From NCBI GenBank assembly GCA_046598345.1, contig JBKJIT010000004.1, positions 265,226 through 329,225 of the forward strand: 64,000 bases of DNA. Reading direction: 5' to 3'. This DNA comes from Minisyncoccia bacterium (GTDB lineage: Bacteria > Patescibacteriota > Minisyncoccia > Phycocordibacterales > UBA918). Of this stretch, positions 1 through 10,103 are shown piece after piece. The notes under the pieces are model-generated. The model was not told the DNA's origin, did not search any database, and saw nothing but the letters and a program-made list of their open reading frames with translations. The translations under genes were made by a program, and so were the position numbers. The stretch's first letter is position 1. The number at the start of each line of letters is the position of its first letter.

Positions 1-142
1 TGCCATATTTCACCCGGATTAATCGAAAGTTGGAACAAGGGTGGTGTAACACTGAGTATCTGACTTCCCTGAGCACTTACTTGGCTCTGCACTCCAAAAA
101 AGAGACAGAGTACTGGGGCAAAAATTCTAAACCATAGGGATG

Positions 143-1186
143 TCATTTTTTTGTGAGATCAATATCGTGATGAAGTGGATCCGAGTAGGTTGGCCTATGA
201 TGCAGGGGAAGGTGCTCTGAATCATCCACCATTTCTACATCAACATCAAAATACCGCTTATGGATATAGAGGGCCGAAATGATGACAAAGACTGCAACAA
301 CACCAAAAATCAGAAGTAGTGTTTTTAACGGTAGCACATAGAAAAAAGAGGTATCTTGCACGGAAGCCTGCTGGTTGTTCCCATACTCAACGTTTAGAAA
401 TGCTTTGTATTTTCCAAATAGGCCATGTACCGGTACTTCTGCGGTGAATTGATACTCTTCGCCCGGGGGAATGGCCTTCCCTTCAGCATTTACTGGAAGA
501 TTCCCCACCTCAGCACCCTTGCTGTTATAAAAAATGATCTCGCCTGAAGGAACGAGCACTTCGTCCCCGGGATTCTTTATCGTATAGAGTGCAGCTTGAT
601 TTTCACCGCCGGTGACAAACCTATCAATGATAAATCGTGAAAGTTTAAGGATTTCAAGCTTTTTATCATCGAGTGTTACTGTGAGGATTGTTCCTGGAGC
701 ACGTCCACTTGCCACCTGTGCTTCTGCTTCATCACGATTGCGTCCGTACCCAAATCCTACAAATGCATGGTACACCCCCGGTACGGGATTTGGGTTAATA
801 CGAAGCGTGAGATCCACCGTTTTACTTCCCCCAATAGGTAGATCAATGCCCATTCGACTGATTTCAATCCAGGATGTAAGCGATACCGTACGATCACTGT
901 CGACTGGAGAAAAGAATTTCTGGATAGTACCTCCGGCGTCAATTGAAATATTGTTGACCGAGGGGTACACGGTGACTGGTTGATCGCCGTTGTTTGTGAT
1001 TGTAATTACTTTCGAAATAATGTCACGAGCCTCCACTTCCGCGTCTATGACGAGTGGTGCTACCTGGTATGAAACATTGGCAAATGAAACGCTGGGCAAA
1101 AGGCTGAGAAACACGAGTGCCGTCCCAAATATGAATCCATGTGTGACTGATGCGTATCGTGTTTTCATTTTAGAAAATTGGAACAA
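143..1186 (-). CDS. DUF916/DUF3324-like (Csc/DufA-like) cell-surface protein: signal peptide, two beta-sandwich domains, C-terminal TM anchor with basic tail
   Basis: 347-aa ORF. N-terminal signal (…FLSLLPSVSFA|NVSY). 'VITITNNGDQPVTV' resembles DUF916-type adhesin domains. C-terminal TM (LLLIFGVVAVFVIISALYI) followed by HKRYFD. Paralog of 16717-17685. Start may be the internal Met (MKTRYAS, 1168), which would abut the upstream giant gene. Confidence 0.6.
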   Translation of the reverse strand: MFQFSKMKTRYASVTHGFIFGTALVFLSLLPSVSFANVSYQVAPLVIDAEVEARDIISKVITITNNGDQPVTVYPSVNNISIDAGGTIQKFFSPVDSDRTVSLTSWIEISRMGIDLPIGGSKTVDLTLRINPNPVPGVYHAFVGFGYGRNRDEAEAQVASGRAPGTILTVTLDDKKLEILKLSRFIIDRFVTGGENQAALYTIKNPGDEVLVPSGEIIFYNSKGAEVGNLPVNAEGKAIPPGEEYQFTAEVPVHGLFGKYKAFLNVEYGNNQQASVQDTSFFYVLPLKTLLLIFGVVAVFVIISALYIHKRYFDVDVEMVDDSEHLPLHHRPTYSDPLHHDIDLTKK

Positions 1187-4100
1187 TAATATACCTGATG
1201 CTCGTGCCGTACGAACCCGCCTCTTGCATTTGTCTCGCTTTAATTTTGAATACCATGTCAGTAGTTTCGTTCGTCACTGGAGCAGAGCTGTAAATAATTT
1301 CATCAAGCGTAGTGGTGCTGAGGCGCGCGTATGTATCAATCGCTGAAAAACGAGTTGAGCCACCTAAGAGTGTATCATCTCCCGCATGGTAGCCCACACA
1401 CCCTGAAAATCCTGCCTCACAGCCTGTATTCCAAGAGACGGGTGTGCCATTGGTCCCCGTAATCGGTGCAATAGTGTCGGCCGAACCACTTATAAAATCA
1501 CTATTAGTGAGCATGAAGATTTGATATCCTTCGGTTGCATTTGTTGAAACCATAAGGCGTTGTGCAGCCTCAATATCGCTATTAACAGGAAGTGAACCGA
1601 ATGGAATGCTTGTCGTACCAGAAGTTATATCCGTGGTAATACCTTCAACTGATGAGCCTGCGGTCACCCCCTGAATCGTAAAGAACAAAGAAGCACCTTC
1701 AGTAACAAGTGACGGATAGGATTCCCCTGTATTTTTTAGAACCGGTGCATCTTCTACTACGTCATATAAACGGAAATAATAGACACGATTAACACGTGGC
1801 GCAGCAGCTTGAATCGTAAATGAATATTCTGCAGCTGCACTATTTTCATGTCGAAATCCGGTTAAGACTCTTGAGGATTCATTATGCGTCCCACACCCGT
1901 TCCCCACACTCGTGACGCAACTGTCGGCATCAGAGAGCGTTGCGGTAGTAATCTTAACGTTATCGACAGCTCCTCCGTTTGCATAGCACCAGGTCGAAGT
2001 GGCTATGCAGGTCGAGGATGCAACAAGATCAGTTGATGTTGAAAAATCAGCATACTCTGAATACTGGAGCTTAAACCTTGCATTCGCTTCTGCAATGTTC
2101 TTAGTTTCTTTCACCGTTACTCTGAGCGTCAGTGCTTGCGTAATAGTGATATCAATTGGAGAGACATTTTCAAGAGCAAGGTCATCTGTAGGTGTCTCAT
2201 TCTGTTCATCATCATACCACCTCCAATTCTGTGTCTTTGGTGAAAAGCTCGCCGTGAGAAGTTGTGGATACGGGCCATACTCATCAAGTGGTGTATTATC
2301 TGACTCAACCATGCGAAAACAGTAGTACGTTTCGGCACTCGCACCATTTTGCTCAATCATCCAATCAAACTCCATTGCTTCTCCCACAGGAAGTGCGTAT
2401 GTATTCACCGCTGTATCGTTTTCTTCTTCGAGCGTTCCTGCGACATCTGACCCTGAAGGTAAATTAAGATCCCCGGGAGTCGGCGGGTCACCCGAGAGTA
2501 ATGTTCCATCGGTGGTGCCGGTAGCATTGTAGCCTCTCCATATAGTGCTCGATGCAGCGTCCCCAAGCGTAATCCAACTGCCTTCACTGATTGCTGTACA
2601 GGTTGAAATCATCTGCCCGTACTGGAGTCTAAATGACTTCGTGCCAGCAGGAAATGTCGCATTCTGTGCTTGAATAGACATGCGAATTCGAATATGCTCG
2701 CCTTCTCCGAGCGGTTCATCAGTCGTACCCAGTACGCCATCCTCTGCAAGATCTGTCCCTCCTGGTGGCCACACATCCGTCGGATCAAGTGCATTGTTAT
2801 CAACAAAGAACTGGAAGTGATGTTGACGAAGAGCAAGTCCAGCCGTAGGCCACTCCACAATCTCTGTACGATATGTCAGGTTTGCTCCTGTGTTACTTCT
2901 CCATAATTCATAGTGTGTCGTTGAAGCGATCGTAGCTCCCGCAATCGGTCGAGGGTAGTTTGTGGCTGTTCCAGCACTTCTTGAGTTAGCAAAAATTGAT
3001 GCATTCGAAATGTCAGTGAGCGTTTTTCCAATTGACACACTGATGGTTAGCGGAGCAGTACCTGCATTTGAACTTCCTGAAGAACGAGTTACATCCATTG
3101 CACCCGACGAGGTTTGAATATTCTCAATAATCCACGCAACGGAGGTTTGACCAGAAGGGGTGGTTGCCCCCGATTCCAAAAAATAAGAAACAAAGCCGAT
3201 ACTTGAAAGCCAGACCTCATGTCCAAACTCGTCTACACCGGTGAGGCCCGTGATAATTCTTTTTTGTGTATGAATAAATGTACGTGAAAGACTGCCAACT
3301 GCAGTGATTGCTTCCGTTTCCGCTGTACCTGCTGCGGTGTACGTATGCTCACTTCGTTGAGTAATCCAATTAGGACCTGTAAATTCAACGACTGCATAAC
3401 TAACGATTGTAGCGTCACTACCCGCAACGCCACGAGTGAAAACGGGTACATTACCAACTGCTCCCCATGCTGAAGTTGACTGTCCCGAATTGTAATTGGT
3501 AGCAGCGATATCCGGGTCCATTTGACCTGTAATAAATACCACAACATCACTATCGTCGCTTACTGTTGCGGTTGTGCCTGTTGCAGTTGTGGCTGTTGTA
3601 CCATACGCAAGAGAAGTTTGACTTCGGACAATCATTTCATTATCTGACCCAACTTCTCCAATAAATTCAACTATTTCCCAAGAAACACGTGAGTTACCGG
3701 TTGCTGTTGATGCTCTGTTTAGAGTTACCGACGTCATAATATTAGAAGGGTTTGAAATATATGCTGTCACATCGTCTGCATTCTGTGTGGCCCCCGCTAA
3801 TGTGCTACCTGCCCCCGTATGATGAGTATTTGTAATGCGCATAAATGCGCTTGTGGAAGCACTTGGCGCAGTATAATCGACTCCGGCCGTGAGAGTAAGC
3901 GAAGTTCCCGTAATGGTGGCCGTTCCTCGTTGAATTTCAAAATCACGATCAGGAGAGGTGGTAAGCTCTGGATACACAGTATAGGCATTAAGTTCAACTT
4001 GAGTTGTGACGAGCCTAAAACAGTACGTGATATCAAAGCCAGCGTTCGCAGTTTGTATAATTGAATGTTCAGTTTCAATATATTGCGTAGAGGTAAGCGT

Positions 4101-7100
4101 TGTCGTCGCTACTGTTGCAGAGGTTTCCTTGACAGCACTATTGGGAGTTAGAAAAGTTACGTTTTCATCAGTGACTCCTCCTGTTGCTACAGCAATATTT
4201 GTAGTGTCATTAGCTTCAGTAAGATTTGTAGAATTAAACATATCCCAGGCACCTCCAGTATCTCCGACATTGATCCATGCACTTACGGCGCCACAGGTAG
4301 TGATTTTAGCTCCATACTCAAGTGTTAAAGCTCGTGAAGCTGAAGTGACTGATCCTTCATTTGAAACTTGCATACGAAGGCGAACTGGAGTTGTCTCTGC
4401 AACATTTAAAATTGGAGTATCCTCAAGCCCTCCAGAAAGGGATGTGGCAGCCGCCTCATTACCATTATCATTTCTCCAGTGGTAATGGGTTTGTGTAAGG
4501 ACAGCACCGGCAAAAGTTGTACTTCCAGTGATATCACGTGTAATTGCCGGACTCACAGAGCCCCCTCCCGATACAACAAGATTTGTCGAAGGGCTTTGCA
4601 TAATTATATTGACCACTTCGCCATTTTGAGCGGTCGCTGTCGAATCAAGCACAGTGTAAACGCACATGGTCGCCGTAGTCGTTATACCAACCGATCCGGT
4701 AAACGTGGACGTGCCATTTGCCCCTGAAAAGCCACCAGTAGTTGTTGCCCCGAATTGAGGTTCATTTCCACCATATGATTCGCTCGAACAATCATAGGGT
4801 AACGTTGTATCAAGGTCATACTTGAGTCTAATATTACTCAGATCATTTTGTGCATCAATAGTGCCATCTTCAGCAATAGTTATGCTTGTCACATTACGCG
4901 AACCAATGTTATTTGTAACAACAAAGGCTCCTCCAACATAGAAATTTGTTGCGGGTAAATTAGTTGTTGAAATCTGAGTACCTGTTGCAGTAACAAGAAC
5001 GTCTGCAGCGATATTCGCACGCGGGATTTGATCATAGGCAAAAAGAGGATTTCCCTTATCAGTCACTCTAAAACAGTAGGTGTTTCCCTCTGCCGCACTT
5101 GTTGAAGCCATGAGTGAATACTCGAGTTCGACGTATTGAGTAGTCGTGAGTAAGATATTTGCTGTTTGTGATGATGTGTCCTTCACGGCGCCGTTCGGAC
5201 TGAGGAAAGTGGTGTTCTCGTCAGTGACGGCGCCGTTTGCTCCGAGAGCCACGTTAGTCGTATCTGCTCCATCAGTAAGGTTTGTTGTGTTGTACATATC
5301 AAATTCTCCGTTTGCTGCGCCCACGTCTGTCCAGCCTGTTGCGGCGCTACAAGCACCTGTTGTCTGTGCATACTCAAGTCGGTACTGCATTGCAGGGGTT
5401 GAGCTTCCCCCTTCATTTGAAACTTCCATACGGAGGCGTGCGGGAACTCCCTGTTGGAGAGCGGTGAGAGATGTGTCTTCATTTCCTCCTGTTTTTGAAG
5501 TTGCAGTGGTTTCTGTACCGTCATCATTTCTCCAGTGATAATGGGCTAAAGTTGGAATGTCATTGAGTACCGTCGTCGCTCCACTAATGCTTTGTGTGGT
5601 TGCAGGTCCTGCCGTACCACCCGTCACGGTTACATCGGAGGCAGGATTAGCAATTTCAATTTCAATTGTTGCATTGTTTGCCGTCGTATCAAGAATAGTG
5701 AGAACAGGATACAGACATAACGAAGTCGTAGTACTAACATTCACAGTCGTACCCGAAAATGAAGACACTCCATTTGCTCCAGAAAACCCATTGGTGTCAG
5801 TTGAACCAAATTGGGCTTCAGAACCACCATAGGATTCACTTGCACAATTATATGGTGCTGTAACATCAGTTTCATAGAACAATTTTATATTTGAAATATT
5901 AGTTGAACCATCAATAGTTCCACTTTCACTAATAGTAACTCCCGTTACATCAAGTGGTTTGTAGGTATTGTAAAGTAAAAATTTTCCACCCACGTAGAAA
6001 TTTGATGTACTCGCATTTGCTGTTGCTATCTGGGTTCCTGCTCCAGACGCATGCACTCCAGGAAATATGTCAGCAATCGTGTCTCCATAGATATCATCAT
6101 CAGTATTATCAAAATATGACACATACATGCGTTGGTCGCTTTGCAGATTAAGGTCTACTCCGTACAGATCATCCTGGCTTGTATTGACGGGCAAGCTTTC
6201 AGTACTCCAGTTCATCATAGAGCTTGTTGCCCATTTCCAATAGACATTTGCAGAACCAACTGTTCCAGCAACCGTACGCCCTGTGTATGCCACATACACA
6301 TCATCATTGGCCGCATCAAGTCCAATCGAAACATTTGTCATACCCATTGTAGTAGAAGCAGTTACGTTTGCACCGGCCGTCCAAGCATTTCCGCTGTAGC
6401 GTGCTGTTCGAATTTGGTCGTTTGTACCAAGCGTATCGTTTGTCGCTATGTATGCAAGGTGAACAGTGCTTGTTCCCGTCGTTGAACTCACTGACGCTGC
6501 CATCCCAATATCATACGTCGTGTTATCTGCCGCTGTACCGTCAATAATAGTCCATGCGGCAGACCATGCAGTATTATCCCAAATCTTTGAGCGAATATCA
6601 TCTAATGATATATCTCGGTCAATAACCATTATGTTGCCTCCCAGAAGTGGTACGAGAATATCATAGTCGTTTGCTGCATCGAGTGGAGTTGCTCCTGTCT
6701 CAGTCCAGCTTCCTGCGAGGTTGCAATTTATCGTACATTCAACAACATATGAGTCACCAGCATCATTTGATACAGCATAAATAGTCCCATCCGTGCCCCT
6801 TGTAATAGAAATAGCATTTGTACCAACTGTTGGTGCGTCAATTGTGCCACCTTGCGCTGTATTAGAAACCATACTCACCGGTGCTGTACCCATAAGCAGC
6901 GAATCACCTGAAGTATCAAGTCTATTATAGAAAATGTCATCAGCACTCGTATCGAGTGTTGCTATATGAATGCTTGAACTGGCAGCAGCCATTCCAGGAG
7001 TCCACTTGTCATACCACACCTGGATCTGAACGCAGTCAGTCTGCGCATCAACTGTTGTGGTCGACGACCACGAGGACCCTCCATTTGTTGTCTTTCGATA

Positions 7101-7367
7101 CACACATGAGCCGTTAAAATCGCGAAAAAACTTATACCCTGTCTGGTCGTCGGTAAACACTGTTTGCGAGCCCGCCCGAAGATGAGAAGTTCCTAATGAT
7201 TGAGCATCCGCATCAATCGATACCTGGGCTGCTTCTGCAGTAGGTATGGAAAATTGTAAGGTAACGATGGATTCAAGTGGGAAGCAAAAAAAATACACAA
7301 TGAGAACCATCGCAAAAAATCTGCACCCTTTTTCGAGCCTTTTAAAACCTCCGGACATCCCCTTCAT
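1170..7367 (-). CDS. giant secreted repeat protein (~2066 aa) with tandem ~330-aa modules, RW(R)NDNG…YCFR modules and conserved C-terminal module 'A' (…RYIIVPIF)
   Basis: 6.3-kb ORF. Likely true start MKGMSGG… (7367) followed by a signal/TM (FAMVLIVYFFCFPLE…AEAA). Internal tandem duplication (TSTNFYVGG…HYHWRNDDG…YCFRV occurs twice). The C-terminal ~150 aa are homologous to the C-terminus of 13902-15047. Confidence 0.85.
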   Translation of the reverse strand: MKGMSGGFKRLEKGCRFFAMVLIVYFFCFPLESIVTLQFSIPTAEAAQVSIDADAQSLGTSHLRAGSQTVFTDDQTGYKFFRDFNGSCVYRKTTNGGSSWSSTTTVDAQTDCVQIQVWYDKWTPGMAAASSSIHIATLDTSADDIFYNRLDTSGDSLLMGTAPVSMVSNTAQGGTIDAPTVGTNAISITRGTDGTIYAVSNDAGDSYVVECTINCNLAGSWTETGATPLDAANDYDILVPLLGGNIMVIDRDISLDDIRSKIWDNTAWSAAWTIIDGTAADNTTYDIGMAASVSSTTGTSTVHLAYIATNDTLGTNDQIRTARYSGNAWTAGANVTASTTMGMTNVSIGLDAANDDVYVAYTGRTVAGTVGSANVYWKWATSSMMNWSTESLPVNTSQDDLYGVDLNLQSDQRMYVSYFDNTDDDIYGDTIADIFPGVHASGAGTQIATANASTSNFYVGGKFLLYNTYKPLDVTGVTISESGTIDGSTNISNIKLFYETDVTAPYNCASESYGGSEAQFGSTDTNGFSGANGVSSFSGTTVNVSTTTSLCLYPVLTILDTTANNATIEIEIANPASDVTVTGGTAGPATTQSISGATTVLNDIPTLAHYHWRNDDGTETTATSKTGGNEDTSLTALQQGVPARLRMEVSNEGGSSTPAMQYRLEYAQTTGACSAATGWTDVGAANGEFDMYNTTNLTDGADTTNVALGANGAVTDENTTFLSPNGAVKDTSSQTANILLTTTQYVELEYSLMASTSAAEGNTYCFRVTDKGNPLFAYDQIPRANIAADVLVTATGTQISTTNLPATNFYVGGAFVVTNNIGSRNVTSITIAEDGTIDAQNDLSNIRLKYDLDTTLPYDCSSESYGGNEPQFGATTTGGFSGANGTSTFTGSVGITTTATMCVYTVLDSTATAQNGEVVNIIMQSPSTNLVVSGGGSVSPAITRDITGSTTFAGAVLTQTHYHWRNDNGNEAAATSLSGGLEDTPILNVAETTPVRLRMQVSNEGSVTSASRALTLEYGAKITTCGAVSAWINVGDTGGAWDMFNSTNLTEANDTTNIAVATGGVTDENVTFLTPNSAVKETSATVATTTLTSTQYIETEHSIIQTANAGFDITYCFRLVTTQVELNAYTVYPELTTSPDRDFEIQRGTATITGTSLTLTAGVDYTAPSASTSAFMRITNTHHTGAGSTLAGATQNADDVTAYISNPSNIMTSVTLNRASTATGNSRVSWEIVEFIGEVGSDNEMIVRSQTSLAYGTTATTATGTTATVSDDSDVVVFITGQMDPDIAATNYNSGQSTSAWGAVGNVPVFTRGVAGSDATIVSYAVVEFTGPNWITQRSEHTYTAAGTAETEAITAVGSLSRTFIHTQKRIITGLTGVDEFGHEVWLSSIGFVSYFLESGATTPSGQTSVAWIIENIQTSSGAMDVTRSSGSSNAGTAPLTISVSIGKTLTDISNASIFANSRSAGTATNYPRPIAGATIASTTHYELWRSNTGANLTYRTEIVEWPTAGLALRQHHFQFFVDNNALDPTDVWPPGGTDLAEDGVLGTTDEPLGEGEHIRIRMSIQAQNATFPAGTKSFRLQYGQMISTCTAISEGSWITLGDAASSTIWRGYNATGTTDGTLLSGDPPTPGDLNLPSGSDVAGTLEEENDTAVNTYALPVGEAMEFDWMIEQNGASAETYYCFRMVESDNTPLDEYGPYPQLLTASFSPKTQNWRWYDDEQNETPTDDLALENVSPIDITITQALTLRVTVKETKNIAEANARFKLQYSEYADFSTSTDLVASSTCIATSTWCYANGGAVDNVKITTATLSDADSCVTSVGNGCGTHNESSRVLTGFRHENSAAAEYSFTIQAAAPRVNRVYYFRLYDVVEDAPVLKNTGESYPSLVTEGASLFFTIQGVTAGSSVEGITTDITSGTTSIPFGSLPVNSDIEAAQRLMVSTNATEGYQIFMLTNSDFISGSADTIAPITGTNGTPVSWNTGCEAGFSGCVGYHAGDDTLLGGSTRFSAIDTYARLSTTTLDEIIYSSAPVTNETTDMVFKIKARQMQEAGSYGTSIRYIIVPIF

Positions 7368-7377
7368 TATCGCGCAC

Positions 7378-9135
7378 TTATGTAGACGAAGCGACGTCTT
7401 CCTGTGAATCCAGTGTTTCTTCACCGCTAGGAATAAAGGGAGCAATTATAAGATCTGGATGTAATACTTGGATACTAGATTCTAAATCCGGAATGATTAG
7501 ATCCTGAATGAGCGATACATCAGGTTGGTCATCCAAGATAAGCTCCGGTGTGGTTGTACCTGGAGTAAAGGGTAAGATAACAACATCCTCTCCCATAGTT
7601 GCTTCTGGTGTCGTAGTTCCGACCTGTGGCTCGGGCTCCGGGCCGGTGTTTGAATCGTTATTCGAATCAGTATCACTTCGCGGCTTAGGTTGCGTAAGTT
7701 GATTTACAAGCGCACGGTCTTCTCCGGTCTGGTCGGGATCTGGAATATTGTCTGGAGTTGCTCCTGGCTTCGACGAAAGTGGTACAACTTCACCACTTTC
7801 GAGGTCATACCCCTTTGTTTCAACATCTCCATTTTGAAGTTTTGTGTCATAAATGAGCACAAATCTTGGATTATCAACTGATGCACCCTCAGAGTCAGCA
7901 ATCGTATCTACCTGTTTCGTCAGTCGATCGTACACTTTCACACGCCATGCACCATCTTCAAAAGATTGCCACATGATGTAGTTCCCGTTTATCCTAGGCG
8001 ATATATCATGAGTGTTATTATCCGTGATCATTGAAAGTTCACCATCTTCTTCGAGCATAATCTCCCAATCATTTCCAACCCATCCCTGCCAGACGATAAT
8101 GTCTCCAAAGCGAGAGGGCTGCATATTATTGTACCGATCCTGGGTTAATTGACGTTCTTCTTCTTTGTCTACATCGTAGGACATAATTTGATACCGCTCA
8201 TCAATGAGTCGGTGCCATACGATTGATTCTGACAGCTCGTCATAGACTGGTGCATCATCATCTACTTGATTTGAAGTGATTTGAGTTAACTCGCCTTTCC
8301 GCTCAACATATATTTCCCTGTCTCCTTCTACGTCAATTGCAGAAAAAACCCTTTCCGTTCCATCCACTGTCGCTAGACTTGCATCAGTTGAACAATAAAA
8401 CGAGTTGTCGCTCATGCTTACACACTCATCTTTTGAAAACATGAATTTGTTTTCATCATTAAAAAGCGTATTGACGGAGACCGTGTCTAGCGTTGAGGTA
8501 GCAATCAACTCAGTTGATGTTGCCTCGGAAGGTAAGTCTGGCAAGAAGTCTGTCTCAGTATTAGTATCAGGGTCAGGGTCTGTCTCAGGAATAATATCGG
8601 TTTCCACCTGATCAGGGAAAACATCATTAGGTGGCGCGACTTCTGGTGTAGATGAGGGTTCAACTTCAGGAATTGGCAACACCCCTGTTGGTATAGGTAG
8701 TTCTGTAGTATCAGATTCATCAGAAGTTTCTGCTGTGGTATCTACAACCACTACTCCATCACTTTCAGCTGGGATAGATACAGATTCAGGTAGATTTTCT
8801 CCCTCCGCATCAGATGACGATGTATCAGTTACATCTTCATTTTCTGGTAACGCATTTGGTACCTCATTTTCGAGTTCAATTTCCATAACTGGCTCTTCTA
8901 CAGTATCTAGAGAATTATTACCTTCATCAGTAACTGCTTCTGATTCAGCGGCAGTATCGATCATTGCTCCATCTTGCTCCTCAGAAGCAAAAACTGGGCT
9001 GAGCGGCAAAAGTGCGAGCGTCAGAAGCGCAGCAGACGCACAGAGTTTCCAAAATATATTCAAAAAACCACTGTGCACAAAAACGTGTGCATGTGCATGT
9101 GTATGTGCCGTTGTATGTTCCCTATATCTGCTCAT
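7378..9135 (-). CDS. secreted acidic protein with Glu/Asp/Pro/Thr-rich low-complexity N-half and W-rich beta-propeller-like (PD40/TolB-like) repeats
   Basis: 598-aa ORF. Probable start MSRYREH… followed by a signal peptide (…LALLPLSPVFA|SEE). Repeated 'VWQGWVGNDWEIML / IMWQSFEDGAWRVKVYD' motifs. Function unknown. Confidence 0.6.
   Translation of the reverse strand: MSRYREHTTAHTHAHAHVFVHSGFLNIFWKLCASAALLTLALLPLSPVFASEEQDGAMIDTAAESEAVTDEGNNSLDTVEEPVMEIELENEVPNALPENEDVTDTSSSDAEGENLPESVSIPAESDGVVVVDTTAETSDESDTTELPIPTGVLPIPEVEPSSTPEVAPPNDVFPDQVETDIIPETDPDPDTNTETDFLPDLPSEATSTELIATSTLDTVSVNTLFNDENKFMFSKDECVSMSDNSFYCSTDASLATVDGTERVFSAIDVEGDREIYVERKGELTQITSNQVDDDAPVYDELSESIVWHRLIDERYQIMSYDVDKEEERQLTQDRYNNMQPSRFGDIIVWQGWVGNDWEIMLEEDGELSMITDNNTHDISPRINGNYIMWQSFEDGAWRVKVYDRLTKQVDTIADSEGASVDNPRFVLIYDTKLQNGDVETKGYDLESGEVVPLSSKPGATPDNIPDPDQTGEDRALVNQLTQPKPRSDTDSNNDSNTGPEPEPQVGTTTPEATMGEDVVILPFTPGTTTPELILDDQPDVSLIQDLIIPDLESSIQVLHPDLIIAPFIPSGEETLDSQEDVASST
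9071..9120. repeat. imperfect TGTGCA/TGTGTA microsatellite-like tract, in or just upstream of the 5' end of gene 7378-9135
   Basis: ctgtgcacaaaaacgtgtgcatgtgcatgtgtatgtgccgttgtatgttc. If translated it would encode HTTAHTHAHAHVFVH, upstream of the signal peptide. Confidence 0.4.
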
Positions 9136-9360
9136 ACGTACAAGTGAATAAGGTACTTTTAACCCATTCTGCACCCATTACTCCCTTGTACCTTTATCCT
9201 ACCAATATCTACAGTGCTTTCCCCAGCCTTATCAACAGTAATTGTACGGTTATCCTCAGTATGCAGCAATGACAGTACGTCCTAAATTAAGGTGGATATG
9301 CTGATGAAATCAGACCTAAATTGGCGCACTTCCAAGTAATCCAGCAATGGAGGGTGTTTG

Positions 9361-10101
9361 CTATTTAAAGAAAGAATCTGCAAGTAAGATTGAAAAGTCT
9401 CTAAAACTCATTTTTCCATCCCCATTAAAATCAAAAGTTTTACCTTTCGTAAACCAGGCGGCCATGAACGCAGAGATGTCACGCAGATCAACCTTCCCAT
9501 CCCCATCAAGATCTGTAACGATTCCTATTCTAGCCTCTCCTTCTAGCTTACCTAGGGTACTTGGGGAAATGGACACACGAGTTTCTTGAGAACCAATATC
9601 ATTTACATCTACCAAAGTTCCTTTCCCATCTCCCGCAATAAAAGTCGCTGAATCCATTATCACGTGAGCAAGCCCTCCGGCTCGCGCCTTAGCCTGAATG
9701 CGCACAATAGGATGCTCACCCACAAAACCGCGTCTAAACGTTCCCCCGCGCAGATAAATCTTTCCATTCTTCGCATAAGGGGGTTCTGTCCAGAGTGTTA
9801 TAACTGACGTCCCTGTATCAATACTCTCAATTGTAAGCTGTGATTCTGGATACGTGATGACCAAATCCACTGCGTTCACCGGCACATGCGCTGTCGCACG
9901 GACATCAATATAAATCTGCTCACCTTCCTTCACTGTCGAAGGAGTGGTAGTAATCGAAATGTACGAACCCTGATTAACTGCAACTGATGCGACTCCAGCA
10001 AAGATGGCCGCAAACAGAACGACCGGAAACGCATATCGCACCGTCTTATTTTCATGAAGCGGGTATGCGGGAAACAAGATTTTCCACAAGCTTCGAAACA
10101 T
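9361..10101 (-). CDS. membrane-anchored cohesin-domain + dockerin-domain fusion protein
   Basis: N-terminal TM (FPVVLFAAIFAGVASVAV). Cohesin-like region (…VNAVDLVITYPESQLTIESIDTGTSVITLWTEPPY…). Two Ca-binding dockerin repeats (DLDGDGKVDLRDISAFMAAW; DFNGDGKMSFRDFSILLA). Confidence 0.75.
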   Translation of the reverse strand: MFRSLWKILFPAYPLHENKTVRYAFPVVLFAAIFAGVASVAVNQGSYISITTTPSTVKEGEQIYIDVRATAHVPVNAVDLVITYPESQLTIESIDTGTSVITLWTEPPYAKNGKIYLRGGTFRRGFVGEHPIVRIQAKARAGGLAHVIMDSATFIAGDGKGTLVDVNDIGSQETRVSISPSTLGKLEGEARIGIVTDLDGDGKVDLRDISAFMAAWFTKGKTFDFNGDGKMSFRDFSILLADSFFK

Positions 10102-10103
10102 AG

